Shown here: positions 38,858-53,040 of the stretch, piece by piece | Layout: every line of letters begins with the position of its first letter | Numbering within the stretch: the stretch's first letter is position 1 | Assembly (NCBI GenBank): GCA_951406725.2 | Contig: OX597820.1 | Span: forward strand, 101,804,001-101,868,000 | Reading direction: 5' to 3' | Origin: Octopus vulgaris | Taxonomy: Eukaryota | Length of the DNA stretch: 64,000 bases | Made by a program: the position numbers and the translations under genes | The notes under the pieces: model-generated | The model's database searches: none | Told to the model about the DNA's origin: nothing | Seen by the model: the letters and a program-made list of their open reading frames with translations, nothing else

Positions 38858-39705
38858 TTAAGAATATTTTGGCTTTATACATTTGTAGCTTTCATAAACC
38901 TTGTTGACTGAAAATAAAGTATGATATTGTAAATAACTGATAGTGACAGAAACAATATTAATACCAAAAAGCAATCTTTGTATCCAACTTAATGTTGAGG
39001 TTGTGTTAGAACAGAGAATACTGCATTATTTACTTTGAGAGGACTTCTGATATAGACTCTTGGTGCATAAAAACACTCATATTTATACTTTTGATAGACA
39101 AGAACTGCCTGCTACGGCCAATGTTGGCCATATGAGAGGTCCTCTCAATGTAAATAACGTAGTATTTTGTGTCCTAACACAACCTCCAATGTGATGTTAA
39201 GATCAAAAAATAAATGATAGAGTGCAGATGTGTAACAGAATACAGCAAATCAAGTAAATTATATACATTTTAAAAATGTATCTTGCTCCTGAGAAGTGAC
39301 ACCTAATTTAATTTAACAATCTCATTGAACTTGTTGCAGGACACACACCTATGGTATGCACATATGTATGAATATGGTTATTACATAAGTTATAGCTAAA
39401 GCAGTCTTGAAACAGCTGTTAAGATAAGACTTTACATAATTTTTGTTTTGTTTCCATTTTTTTTCTTTATTCTGTAATTTGTATTTTGTGTTCCATGTAA
39501 ATATATGTCTCAAACCAACTACTATTTATCTACCTTACTACCTCCATGACAGGTCAAAAAGGATTGCTCTTATAGTTAACTTTCAATGCAGAGGTGCTGG
39601 CCTTGAACGAAGTGAATGAAGTTTAGGTTCCCATCCATGAAGCCACAACTGTGTTACCAATACTAAACTTATTTTGCTTTCATCTCTTTACTGTAAATAT
39701 GTAAA

Positions 39706-39737
<32 letters not shown>

Positions 39738-40150
39738 AAGATATATGGTGCCATGTATAAAGCACCCAGTACACTCTGTGATATTAGGAAGGATATCCAT
39801 GCCAGAACAGACAATGGAGCCTGGTGTGGCTCCTGGCCTTACCAGCTCCGGTCAAATACCGACCCATGCCAGCATAGAAAACAGACATTAAAAGATGATG
39901 ATGATGTATATATCAACCAAACTATCAGGTGTGGTTATACACCACTAATCACAATGCACTTCTTTGCATTGTTGTAACCTTCAGATGAAGCCACTCTGCT
40001 GGATAGGCATGCAGAGGATTTTCAAGAATACAATGCACCAATGGTATGAGACTCAAAATCATCGTCATCTAGTTGTATGTGCAAAACCCTAACCAGTAGG
40101 CTATGTGTCTTCACTGTCTGTCTGTCTGTCTGTCTAGCTATCTATCTATA

Positions 40151-40532
40151 AGTGGCTGTGTGGTAAGTAGCTTGCTTACCAACCGCATGGTTTCATGTTC
40201 GGTTCCACTGCGTGACACCTTGGGTAAGTGTATTCTACTATAGGCTCAGGCCGACCAAAGCCTTGTGAGTGGATTTGATAAACAGAAACTGCAAGAAGCC
40301 CGTCGTATATATATATATGTGTGTGTATGTGTTTGTGTGTCTGTGTTTGTTCCTCCAACATCCCTTGACAACCAATGCTGGTATGTTTATGTCCCTGTAA
40401 CTTAGCAGTTCGGCAAGAGAGACCGATAGAATAAGTACTAGGCTTACAAAGAATAAGTCCTGGGGTCGATTTGCTCGACTAAAGGCAGTGCTCCAGCATG
40501 GCTGCAGTCAAATGACTGAAACAAATAAAAGA

Positions 40533-40533
<1 letters not shown>
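40151..40533 (+). mobile_element. Family A SINE, near full length
   Basis: agtggctgtgtggtaag through gactgaaacaaataaaaga. Confidence 0.9.
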
Positions 40534-40579
<46 letters not shown>

Positions 40580-40734
40580 AAGAATTGTTTATATGTTATG
40601 AATTAATTACTAAAATTTTCAAAATAAAACATTTTTAGTGACAATTTGAGACCAAAATCACTAAGTGGCTCACCAACAAAACTTAAACCAGTTATGTATT
40701 TATCTTTAGCTATATAATGAACAAACTGGCTTAA

Positions 40735-40954
40735 CCCTTTAGTGTTCAGATTATTCTGTCAAATGTGATGTTTGTTTATTTATATTGCTTTGAATTAATC
40801 ATGCATTATCTTGTAGTTTAGAGATATCAGTGATGTGATTTTTTAGTTTTAGAATGACATGGTAGGGCTGAGGTGAGAGGTGAGATCTGGTCAGTTTCAA
40901 TATAAAACAGGTTATATATTTTGGCTGGATATGGTCGGTTTGAATGCTAAAGGG
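40735..40954. mobile_element. TTAA-targeting MITE, family 1
   Basis: ttaa|ccctttagtgttca ... tgaatgctaaaggg|ttaa; further copies near 26485-26700, 37075-37250, 42690-42900, 46540-46755 and 57190-57410. Confidence 0.88.
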
Positions 40955-41697
40955 TTAAAGACTTAAGAGTAATGAAATTAAAAATGACAGAAAGACTCCT
41001 TATAGTATTTAAAAGGCCAAGAAGCGACAGGTGTTTTGTAGTGTAACTGATAACATGTTCATCTGACAAGTGACAGTAAGTCAGTGGATAATGTTGACAT
41101 TTTCTGCCCATCATATCCAATATTACTTTATGGTAGCATAAGAGAGAGACTTAAGGCATGTGATACAAAACTGTGTGTCCTTTATATATGAGTGTTTGGT
41201 TAGTTGAGACAGGTGTCATGTTTTATTTGTAATGCATTCATATTCTGGCAGAGAGAGAGAGAGATACCATGTCTTTACATCTAGATGCCTACCTTGTTGT
41301 AAATGGACAAAAGCATTGCTACTGACATTTCAGTACCAATACTGATAAAATACCACTCCAGCCTGGTTACTACTACCCACCATTCTAAGAAGTGAGTAGC
41401 CACGAGGCTCCTCTTCATCAAGAAACCTGTTCTGTTCCCTTCTTTCATACTTTAACTTCTCATCTCCCAGCATAAAGCCATCTTCCTCACTGCCATAGCT
41501 CCACTTAATTGAGCTGCTTAATGATAACACTAGTGTTGGTGCGTCAAAAAAAGCTCCCTGTACACTTTGTAAAGTGGATGGCATTAGGAAAGGCATCCAA
41601 CTGTAGCAAGCATGCCAAAGTAGATACTGGTGTATGGTGTAGTTCCTAGATCCATCAGGTTGTCAGCATGGAACATGAACATTACAAGGTTGTTTAC

Positions 41698-42310
41698 CTT
41701 TTACTTGCTTCGGTCATTTGACTATGGTCATGCAGGGGTACCCTCTTCAAGTGTTTTTCGCTTTAGTTGAACGAATTGACATTTTTTAAAGCCTTCTACT
41801 TATTCTATTGGTTTCTTTTGCTGAACTGCAAAGTTACAGGGATGTAAACACACCAACAATGGTTGTCAAGTGGTGATGGGGGACAAACACAGACTTCTTT
41901 CAGTTTCTGTTTATCAAATCCACTTACAAGAATACAATGCACCAATGGTATGCGACTCTGCTGGATAGGCATGAGATATATGGTGCCATGTATAAAGCAC
42001 CCAGTACACTCTGTGATATTAGGAAGGATATCCATGCCAGAACAGACAATGGAGCCTGGTGTGGCTCCTGGCCTTACCAGCTCCGGTCAAATTGTCCAAC
42101 CCATGCCAGCATAGAAAACAGACATTAAATAATGATGATGATGATGATGATGATGATGTATATATCAACCAAACTATCAGGTGTGGTTATACACCACTAA
42201 TCACAATGCACTTCTTTGCATAGTAGAAGACAGTTGCCCAAAGTGCCATGCAGTGGGACTGAATCTGGAACCATGTGGTCAGAAAGCAATCTTCTTACCA
42301 AACAGCCATA
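41698..42310 (-). mobile_element. Diverged family A SINE interrupted by a locally templated insertion (41927-42221)
   Basis: SINE sequence stops at ccacttacaag and resumes at atagtagaagac. Confidence 0.8.
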
Positions 42311-43451
42311 TTTGATGATGATGATTTTATTTTTGGAGCAGGTTTACATATTTAGAAACCAACACACACACACACACACAGAAGTAGCTGGGAGATGAAT
42401 GTACCTGACTGGTTGCTTTATTGAGTCTAGTTTCACGTTTCACTGTTCTATGTTCAAATCCTTCTCCCACCTGGTTCTGTCTTTCATTATTTTTGGGTTA
42501 AATTGGTAAAACAAAAACTAATGATGACATACGACTTCGGTCTGCTATACTGTATCCCTTTCATGCTTTGTTAAAAGTGGCTCCCTACTTTGTAAAAAGA
42601 AACTTGCATCTATAGAAGACCCAAAGATGAAGCCTCTATCTGGGTCACTGAAACTGCTAAAAATAGCAGCTAGATCATTCTTCACAGTTTAGCATTCAGA
42701 TTACTCTGTCAAATATGAAGCATATTTATTCTCATTGTTTTAAATTAAATATGTATTATTGATGATGTTATTATTTCGATGATGTGATTAGTTTTAGAAT
42801 GACATTGTAAAGCATGTGTAAGTGGCCAGATCTGGCTGGTTAGAACATAAACCAGGTAAGAATACTTGGGTCAGAGACAGCCTGTTTAAATGCTAAAAGG
42901 TTAAATCACATCTCTGCATCTCACTGATCAATTGTCTTTCCAAAAATAAACTATAAGACACATTGGATAACCTAGAACAAGATACACTGTTTCAATAAAA
43001 GGTGGGATGGTCATACTTGGAGCACCTCTAATCACAGGTCAGCACAGTTATTGTTGACTTGGGACATAACAATTTATATATAAACTATTACAGGCACAAA
43101 TTAATATTTCAAAGGAACAACCAAAAATAAAAGAAAAAGAATTCTATATTCTTTCTGTATAAATACACGCAAGCTTACATAACTTCATGACTTCCCTAAC
43201 AAACTAATGTGTAATGTTTGTAACCCTGTCCTCCATCTAAGCAGAAAAACACACACATGCTGATAAACAAAACACACACACACATATATGTATATATACA
43301 TATACATGAAATCAGATCCCTTCAGAAAACAGCTGGAGGTTCTCTTAAGGGACTTGTAGCTGCACCACTGTGAATAAGATATTTAACATGTGTGTATGTG
43401 GTTTATATGTGTGTGATATATATATATATATTGTGTGTGTGTGTGTATATA

Positions 43452-43496
<45 letters not shown>

Positions 43497-43511
43497 GTGT
43501 GTGTATATATA

Positions 43512-43573
<62 letters not shown>

Positions 43574-43595
43574 TAGACACATATATATAAATATG

Positions 43596-43634
<39 letters not shown>

Positions 43635-44289
43635 GCATATACATATAAATATGTGGGGTGAGGGTAAGGGAGAGTGAGATGTATGTATATGCTGATACAT
43701 GTGTTCTTTTCAACCTGGTTTGTTTTCTTAATACTACATACTTCTAAAATATGTTATGTATGAGAAATTAATAAACAATGTTCTTTTTTAGTTCTTTAAA
43801 TACTTTGTTGTAGGTAAAAATGTTGTAATGTGCAAATTATTTCCAGAGAGAAAAAGACAAAAAAACAAACAAACAACCCCTGAAACATGTCTGTGCTGCA
43901 TTCTTGTGAAATAACATATCCCATAAAAAAACAAAGATAGTTTTTTTCTTTCATTTGTGTGTGTGTGTGTATACAATATAATCTCTCAAATACAAAGATA
44001 ATTTTAATGTTTATATATTATGTAAGCGCCCAAAATACAATTTTGGTGTGTTTATACACAATGTTAAACCCCAAAATACAAAGATAATTTCGGTGTGTAT
44101 CTCAGTAACAAAACCCTGAGTGAGCATTAAGAAAAATAGATATGATTGCACTGACTGTGTGAAGTTTCATGTTGTTTTAAAGAGTCATGGTGCTTTGCAA
44201 AGCATGCATCTGTTTGGAAGTTGTATTAAATTTCATTTGCGTATAATTTAATTTACTTTCTTAATATGGGTTGTATGACACCATATGAA

Positions 44290-44493
44290 GGCGGCGAGCT
44301 GGCAGAAATGTTAGCACGCTGGATGAAATGTGTAGCCGTATTTCGTCTGCTGTTACGTTCTGAGTTCAAATTCCGCCGAAGTCGACTTTGCCTTTCATCC
44401 TTTCGGGGTCGATAAATTAAGTACCAGTTATGCACTGGGTTCGATGTAAGAGTTAATCCGTTTGTCTGTCCCCTCTGTGTGTAGTAAAGAAAC
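44290..44493 (+). mobile_element. Family B SINE
   Basis: ggcggcgagctggcagaa...gagttcaaattcc (B box)...gtagtaaagaaa. Confidence 0.9.
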
Positions 44494-44984
44494 ATATATG
44501 TGTGTGTGTGTACTCATATGCAGAAATAGAAAGGACTAATAACAACTACTAGTTTAACAATAGTAATAACTAGTATGATATTGGTTTCAAATTTTGGTAT
44601 AAGGCTAGCAAATTCAGGAAAGGGGCTAAGTCGATTACACTGCCTTAATGACAAGTATAACTACACAGTGAGACAAATACCAAAACTGGATTCCTAAGAT
44701 CAATCATGGGCAAACTATGATCTGTGGAACTTTCTGAACTGCATTTTAACAAAGAAATTATCTCGAATTTTTGTAGTAGTGTGGCTCACCTAATGATGAG
44801 CGAAGTCTCACTTCTCAAAAAATGATATCCATGTCTGGCTTAGATTCTATTTTGATATTTTGGTATGTAATATAGCATTACTAGTAACTATTAGGACTCA
44901 ACTTGCTCAACATAGTATAATATAATTTGGCAACCCTTATGACATAAGTATAACACAAGCAATGAAAAGCCTTAAAAGGATCAA

Positions 44985-45190
44985 AGGTCCTTCCCGAGCC
45001 ATAGGCTTATAAGGCCAGTTTCCTGGATTCTGTGGTGTATACATATTTGCCACTGGACAGGACACCACTCAATCACAAGATTACTCATTTTTACCAGCTG
45101 AGTGGACAGGAGCAATGTGAAAAAAGTGTTTGGTTCAAAAACAGAGAGCACTGCCAAATACAGAAATTGAAACCATGATTTTATCAACAT
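44985..45190 (-). mobile_element. Old SINE with family D core and the tail seen in the 63187 SINE
   Basis: ccagctgagtggacaggagcaatgtgaa core; tail on the minus strand gtcctgtccag...ccacagaatccaggaaactgg. Confidence 0.65.
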
Positions 45191-45830
45191 GGGTGCAAAC
45201 TGGTATAAAATAAAATAAACAGAAAAACAGTAGCTGTGCATGACCTTTATGTTGCATAAATATCAATATCTTAATTCAGTAAAAGAATACAAAACTTAGA
45301 AGGGAAAAGGAATGAAATTATATGGCAACCATACATTTCTTGAGAGCTTTTACTAGTTTTAACAAAAGTAATCTGGATTCAACCAGTTGTAACTTGTGAG
45401 TGAATTTACCTCTTCAAGAGCATTAGCTAATTATTTGATGAACTGTTAATACATAAATCTCTTTTCCTATTGGTCATTCATGCATGCACTTAACGCTATC
45501 CGAAGGATTAAGTATTACATAGATTTTAGTTGTTTATTTCTGGTGGTTTGAAGTCCATCTTAGATCCAATATGTTTAGAAGTAGAGTTGTGGTCAAGAGT
45601 AATATCACAAAGTACTTCAATCCTCCTTTCAATAACTCCCTAATCCTTAGAATAAACAGAAGAGATACTAATCCCATCTTGGATATAACATTAGCCTATT
45701 TCTCCAACGGAAAACATTGCTAGATCTAGATCTCATAACTACATTTTTACTCATGAGCTTATCTCTGTTACCAAGACAATAATTTTACTAATAACTTCCA
45801 GAATATATGTTAAAAGGTAGAATTGATAAA

Positions 45831-46051
45831 GGTGGCGAGCTGGCAGAAACGTTAGCACACCAGGCGAAATGCTTAGCAGTATTTCGTCTGCCATTATGTT
45901 CTGAGTTCAAATTCTGTCGAGGTCGACTTTGTCTTTCATCCTTTCGGAATCAATGAAATAACACTGGGGTCGATGTAATCGACTTAATACCTTTGTCTGA
46001 CCTTGTTTGTCCCCTCTATGTTCAGCCCCTTGTGGGCAATAAAGAAATAAT
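45831..46051 (+). mobile_element. Family B SINE, full length
   Basis: Complete head and tail; TSD aattgataa on both sides. Confidence 0.9.
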
Positions 46052-47169
46052 AATTGATAAGGCTATAAACTACTATCCCATAGGTTGAGAGTTCATATCT
46101 GCTTCAAGCATTTAATTAATTTTTTTTCATGGCTTAGTCAGGAGTGGAAGAGCAAATACCCCATGTCTTTTTATCAGGACATTCAAAATTGGTGGTGGAA
46201 GTTATCCTCAGATCTACCCTAAATCCTTGCAATAGACTGGCTTTGCTGAAGACATGAATGGGTCAGACAGGAATGTTAACCCTTTAACATTCAGATTACA
46301 GTACTATTGGTTGTAATGTTTATTTATTTATTCATGTTATGAATTTATCATGCGTTACATCATAGGTTCTATCATAGGGTAAGTGTGAAAGGCTGCATCT
46401 GGCCAGTTTGAACATAAAACAATTAGAATGCTAATTAATTAATTGAAATAAAAAGACAGTGTATTTCAACAGGAATGTAGTTACAAAAGTGCTAAACCTT
46501 ATTAAATATTTATTGTACCATTTGTAAAGGGAATTTAACACTTTAGCATTCAGATTACATTGTCAAATATAAAGCTTATCATACTGTTTTTGAATTAATC
46601 ATGTATTATCTTGTAGCTTCAAGATTTTGAAGATGTGATTATTTATTTTTAGAATAGGATTGTAGGGTAGGTGTGAAAGGCTGTAGCTGGCCAGTTTGAA
46701 CATATATCACATGGTATGTTTGGGCTGGAAATAGCTATTTTAAATGCTAAATGGTTAATGGACGAAGTTTACAACCAAAAGGTTTCTTAATTCCATGATT
46801 CAGGCCCACTATTTCAGAAAAAAATGGTATCATATATTACAGGAATGTTACTTGTAACAGACTGGTATTCTCTCTGAAGGGGTGGTAGACTCATTATCAC
46901 TTACTTAATTGCTGCTATATCTATGTATCTTTGGTAAAACCATGCCAAATTAAGGTGTTCTGCCTAACTTTCAAGTAACAAATTTGAACTGATGATTATT
47001 GAGCTCATAGCCATATATCCCCTCAACCATTTCACTTTTGTATGTCAATGCATGTACCTACACATATATACATACAGTATGAATATATATATATATATAT
47101 TCATACAGTATGAATATATATATATATATATATACTACATGGGCGCATGTAGGTATTTCATTCATGTCT

Positions 47170-47231
47170 TTTCTACTGAGGAGGAAAAAATCTATTATGA
47201 GATTAATTTTGAAATTGATTCAATGTAGAAA
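47170..47231 (+). ncRNA. Type I hammerhead ribozyme-like motif (probably inactivated) in a (TA)n-embedded insertion (about 47135-47386)
   Basis: tttcta-CTGAGGA-[aatct/agatt stem II]-GAAA-ttgattcaa-TG-tagaaa; stem I tttcta/tagaaa; palindromic stem III; position 17 is G rather than H. Confidence 0.6.
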
Positions 47232-47889
47232 TAACGAACTTTTAAAAAAAAATTCTATTGGCAAGCTTTCCTCAATTTCAGCTCTACGTGTTTTCTGTAG
47301 CGAGTAAATAATATATGGAAATTGACGATTTAAAAGTCTGTTATCAGCATAGAAATAATTTTCTTTAGCCATTGTTTATAAGTTGTATATATATATATAT
47401 ATATATAATGTGTGTTTGTGTGAGCACATACATACAAGTATGTGTACATTCATGTGTAAATTAATGGTTGAAATTATGTTAATATATAAATTAAAAAAAC
47501 CAAAAAAACCCCACTGACTCAACCCACATGTCTATCACAGAGAGAACATGTAGTTAATTATCCTACATTATCTATGTTCCCATCAAATTCTATATGTCTA
47601 TCTGCATTAACTCTGTTGCTCTGTATTTCTTTCAATTACTTTAAATATGACAAAGAGTTTAGTAAAATAACTTAGTTATCATTAAGCTAGTGCTAGGAAC
47701 ATAAATTGTGACCAAGGTTTTGGTGGAAGATTTTAATTCAAAACTTATGAAAACAAGACATTTGTACTCAGAGCCAGAGTTAGTTTCAGCCGGGTTGGTA
47801 ACAAAAGGGTTAACTGAACTTTTAATCCTTGCTTGATATTTTAATTAGGTCCTGCACATAGAATACATCAACTAATTTGTCTTTTAACT

Positions 47890-48252
47890 TTTATTTGTCT
47901 CTGTCTTTGAACTGCAGCCATGCTGGAGTACCACTTTGAAGGGTTTAGTCAAATGAATCATTGACCTCGGTACTTATTTTATAAGTCTGGTACTCACTTT
48001 CAGTTTCTTGCCAAACTGTCGAGTTATGGGGACATAAACAAACCAACACCGTTTGTCAAGTGGTGAAGAGACATATATAAACAAATATGACAGGTCTCCA
48101 CAAAGTTTCCATCAGCTAAATTCACTTGCAAGGCATTGGTTGACCTGGGACTATAGTAGAAGACACTTGTCCAAGGTGCCATGCAGTGAGACTGAACCTG
48201 AAACCACATGGTTGCTAAGTGAACTGCTTAACCACACAGTCATGTCTGCACC
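47890..48252 (-). mobile_element. Diverged family A SINE
   Basis: Tail, core and head motifs recognisable on the minus strand. Confidence 0.8.
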
Positions 48253-48326
48253 TAAAATGACTAACATAGCAGGATATTCTATTTTGAATGAATACTTTGG
48301 TAAAAATATGAATATATTATAAAATA

Positions 48327-49037
48327 AAGGAGAAGATTTTTTATACAATGCAGGTCTAAGGACAGTAATTCTACATGGTAGTGAGACATGGATCCTGAAT
48401 GCAGAGGACATGCAAAGGTTAGAAAGGAATGAAGCTAGTCTGCTCTGCTGGGTGTGTAATGTAAGTGTACATGTTGGACATAGTTCTAGTGTATTGAGAG
48501 AGAAATTAGGCAGAAGAAGAATTAGATGCAGTGTGCAAGAGAGAAGACTGCACTAGTTTGGTTATGTGATGCGGATGTCGACAGTTCCATAAAGAAGTGC
48601 CAATCTCTGAAAATAGATGGAGCATATGGAAGAGGAAGACATGGGATGAAGTACTGACGGATGACCTCAGGATGCCGAGCCTTCCAGATGAGATGGCAAA
48701 GGACTGAGATACCTGATGCCTTGCTGTACTCAAGAAGACCCATACCCCACAGCAGAAGTTTTAAGGCTGCTCTCCTGGGTAAAGAAGATTGGTCTGCAAG
48801 AGTTCTGTGCTGGTGCCATGTAAAAGGCACTCATGCTGGTACCATGTAAGAGCGCTTGTATGGTGCCACATAAAAGCACCCGGCACACACTGCAAAGTGG
48901 CTGGCGTTAGTAAGGGCATCCAGCTGTAGACACTGAGCCAAATCAGTCTGGAGTCTGGTGCAGCTCTCTAGCATGCCAGCCTTGGTCAAACCATCCAACC
49001 CATGCCAGCATGGAAAATGAACACTAAATGATGATGA
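48327..49037 (+). mobile_element. 5'-truncated RTE LINE (ORF2 C-terminus plus 3' UTR)
   Basis: LYNAGLRTVILHGSETWILNAEDMQRLERNEASLLCWVCNV...LREKLG...VQERRLH*FGYVMRM matches the RTE pattern YGSETW...RRLRWFGHV.RM; ends catgccagcatggaaa...(GAT)n. Confidence 0.88.
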
Positions 49038-50068
49038 TTAAGTGATACAGCTGTAGGCATGGTACCTTGAGTAAGTGTCTTCTACTATAGCCCCAAGCTG
49101 ACCAATGCCTTGTGAGTAGACAGAAACTATGTGGATTTGGTAAGCAAAAACTTAAAGAAGCCTGTTGTATAAATGTACATGTGATGATGATATGTGTGAG
49201 TCTTTGTGTTTGACCCCACAACCACTAAAAACTGAAGATAGTCTGTTTACATCCCTATAACTTAGTGGTTCAGCATGAGACCAATAGAATAAGTACCAGG
49301 CTTAAAAAAGCAAACAAGCATTGGAGTCAATTTATTTGACTAAAATCCTTTAAGGCAGGACCCTAGCATGGCCACAGTCCTAAAACAGAAACAAGTAACA
49401 AAAGAATAAAAGAATACTTAGTCAACACTAATATGAGATGGGGAAACCACCTACATTTTTATAAAATTGTAGACAAGACTTGAACCCTGTACCAATACTT
49501 TTCCAGGCTCTGACTACATGTATAAGAATGTAATTAGTTACATGTTCTTATGCATTGATAAGACAATAGTTGGTAAATTTCTATTTAATTTGAGTGCATG
49601 CTTGTGTATCTGTGTTTGCAAGTGCTTGTGTTATGGTCATACTTCAATGAATAAACAAATAGAATTCATTCAAGCATGGCTGTTCCTACATCTTATAGTT
49701 TAATACGAATACAACAGCAACAGTAGATTTATTTATTGCAGGATAGGATTTGAAACAAAGAATTTATAGGCTTAGAAATTTGGTTTTGTTACAGCACATG
49801 AATAAGATTAGCTATTTTTATTTTATATTAATCCAAGAAATCTATTTCTACCTCTTGATACCATGTTATCTATATCTGTATTCTAGCAACACTAAACTGA
49901 CTAAATTCTTCCCTATAAGTTAAGATGGGTCTCCAGTCACCAGGTTGGTATTGTCAGTATTACTTTTCCATCCAAGTCATCGTCATGCCAGTGTATAATT
50001 AACACCATCAAGATATCCATTCATTACCTTCAGAACTGGATCATAAACCTTACAAAACCAACATCTAA

Positions 50069-50126
<58 letters not shown>

Positions 50127-50327
50127 CAGAGAGAGAGAGGTGGGTAGGAATGGTGTGTTTATCTGTATCTTTCCTGAAACAGCTGTCAAGTTGAGAAATT
50201 ATATATTACAATTCTGTATATTTTACACTCAATGTAAATATATTTCATTGCTATTATGTTTAAACTGTCATATGTCCAAATTTGGCCAAATGCATTGTTT
50301 TTTGTTTTTCAATATTTATTTTTGAGT

Positions 50328-50660
50328 GCAGTGAGCTGGCAGAATTGTTAGCATGCCGGGTGAAATGCTTAGCAGTATTTTTTCTGCCGTTATGTGCTGA
50401 GTTCAACTTTGCTTTCATCCTTTTGGGGTCGATTAAATAAGTACCAGTTATGCACTGGGGTTGATGTAATCGACTTAATCCCTTTGTCTGTTTTTGTGTG
50501 TCCCCTCTATGTTTAGCCCCCTGTGGGCAATAAAGAAATAAATATGTATTTTTGCTAAGGCTGTGAGTTGGCAGAAACGTTAAAACACCAGGCGGAATGC
50601 TTAGCAGTATTTCGTCTTTTTTACATTCTGCGTTCAAATTTCGCCGAGGTCGACTTTGCA
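50328..50660 (+). mobile_element. Two tandem family B SINEs (second truncated)
   Basis: gagctggcagaa head repeated at about 50333 and 50565. Confidence 0.8.
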
Positions 50661-50790
50661 TCCCGCAGCAAATAAGTGTTTTAAAAAAACACATACACTA
50701 TGTATGTGACATTGATAATGTTTACATTACTAGCACTGCTTTTAATTTATAATTTTATATATATATACATAAACACACACATGTAAATGC

Positions 50791-50849
<59 letters not shown>

Positions 50850-50866
50850 GTGTGTATGTATGTATG

Positions 50867-50906
<40 letters not shown>

Positions 50907-51722
50907 ATGTATGTATATATATATATATATATACACACACATACACATATATATATATACATATTCACACATATCCATCCAGTTATCTTCACCCACTGTT
51001 CCTAGGAGGGTTATGGGGGTAGAGTCCTCAGGCAACTTTAATATAAGGTTATATCAGAAGCAATCATACACACACACACACAGTCGCTCAAATGTACATG
51101 CATACATATAAATATATATGCACACACACACACATATATAAAAACATACGCACTATTTTCACTGTCCCCTTTCTTCACTATTACATGCTTCTCCCTTCTC
51201 ACTACTCCCAATATATTTGTTACCATCAGAAAACATCACTCACCAACGAAGGGTAGACACTACCTGAAACATTAGACTTCTCTCTTCCTCATGGGAAACT
51301 AATTTATTTCATTTTTGAGCTGTTTACATTAACTGCTGACACCGACCACCAATAGGTTCCTTAGATCCTACTGTTTACTAATAGTTACCCCTTTATTAAG
51401 TAGAAGTAAACTAGCTTGAAGAAGCTAAACTCACAGAAGACATAGTAATTAGTCAAACATAGTAACTAATTTTTCATCTTCACTGCTCTGAGTTTTGATG
51501 GAATAAAACCATAGAACATAGAAAATCTGCCATAAGAGAATAAATGACAAGAATGAGTTAAACATATACTTTTCATAAGGTTTTAATTGACATGACTTTA
51601 GAATAGGGAATTTGTGTCAAGGAACTAGAGGTGAACTTGGCAGTTTGGTATCAAAAATGTTAACCCTTTTGATATCAAATCACCAAAGATTTCACCTAGT
51701 TATTTGATACAAATTACCATAT

Positions 51723-52121
51723 AGGTGTAGGAGTGGCTGTGTGGTAAGTAGCTTGCTTACGAAACACATGGTTCCAGGTTCAGTCCCACTGCGTGGCACC
51801 TTGTGCAAGTGTCTTCTACTATAGCCTCGGGCTGACCAAAGCCTTGTGAGTGGATTTGGCAGATGGAAACTGAAAGAAGCCCATCATAAATATGTATATA
51901 TATATATATATATGTATGTGTGTCTGTGTTTGTCCCCCTCCCCCCAACATCGCTTATCAACCGATGCTGGTGTGTTTACATCCCTGTAACTTAGCGGTTC
52001 AGCAAAAGAGACTGATAGAATAAGTACTAGGCTTACAAAGAATAAGTCCTGGGTTGATTTGTTTGACTGAAGGTGGTGCTCCAGCATGGCCACAGTCACA
52101 AGACTGAAACAAGTAAAAGAG
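51723..52121 (+). mobile_element. Family A SINE, full length, inserted in a TTAA MITE starting at about 51664
   Basis: Complete head to tail; ttaa|cccttttgatatcaa lies upstream and MITE sequence resumes after 52130. Confidence 0.9.
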
Positions 52122-52618
52122 CAAATCTCAATTACAACTTTCCATCATGTCACTCTAATTTATGTTCCAAACATTAGCATAATAACGACAAAGTTATTCT
52201 TTTCGAAATTAATTGAAACAAAGGCAGAATATTTCAACACAAATATAGTAATGAATTGGTTAGTAGTTTTCCCTATACTGTAAGATGAATGAATCTATGG
52301 AAGCATAGTAGATTTCATAATTTGGAGAGAATTTCAGGGGGCTGAAATCAAACACTAAATAGCTATTCTATTTCTCTACTGCCCAGACTATCAGATGTCC
52401 TTATACATTGCCGGTTACAACTTTTTGCCATTCTTTCTTTGATTGCACCTTCTCTTTCATTTAGACCAAACGTATTGATCAAGTCATCTTTCCAATTACT
52501 CAGTGTCTTGGAGGCCTTCTGTCAGGTTTCTTCCAGTCTGTTGGACATTACTTCATAATTATGCAAATCAAAGACTATAAAGAATGGTAATGGAGAAACA
52601 GCTATAAATAAATAAATA

Positions 52619-53040
52619 GGCGCAAGAGTGGCTGTGTGGTAAGTAGCTTGCTAACCAACCACATGGTTCCAGGTTCAGTCCCACTGCGTGGCATCTTGGG
52701 CAAGTGTCTTCTACTATAGCCTCGGGTCGACCAAAGCCTTGTGAGTGGATTTGGTAGACAGAAACTGAAAGAAGCCCGTCGTATATATGTATATATATAT
52801 ATATATATATGTGTGTGTGCGTGTGTGTTTGTGTGTCTGTGTTTGTCCCCCTAGCATTGCTTGACAACTGATGCGGGTGTGTTTATGTCCCCATCACTTA
52901 GCAGTTTTGCAAAAGAGACTGATAGAATAAGTACTGGGCTTACAAAGAATAAGTCCCGGGGTTGATTTGCTCGACTAAAGGCGGTGCTCCAGCATGGCCG
53001 CAGTCAAATGACTGAAACAAGTAAAAGAGAGTAAAGAGAG
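52619..53040 (+). mobile_element. Family A SINE, full length
   Basis: ggcgcaagagtggctgtgtgg...gaaacaagtaaaagagagtaaagagag. Confidence 0.92.

Noticed and set aside
50985-51040. Minus-strand CTGAGGA possible hammerhead
   Set aside because: No GAAA core or stem I partner at a suitable distance.
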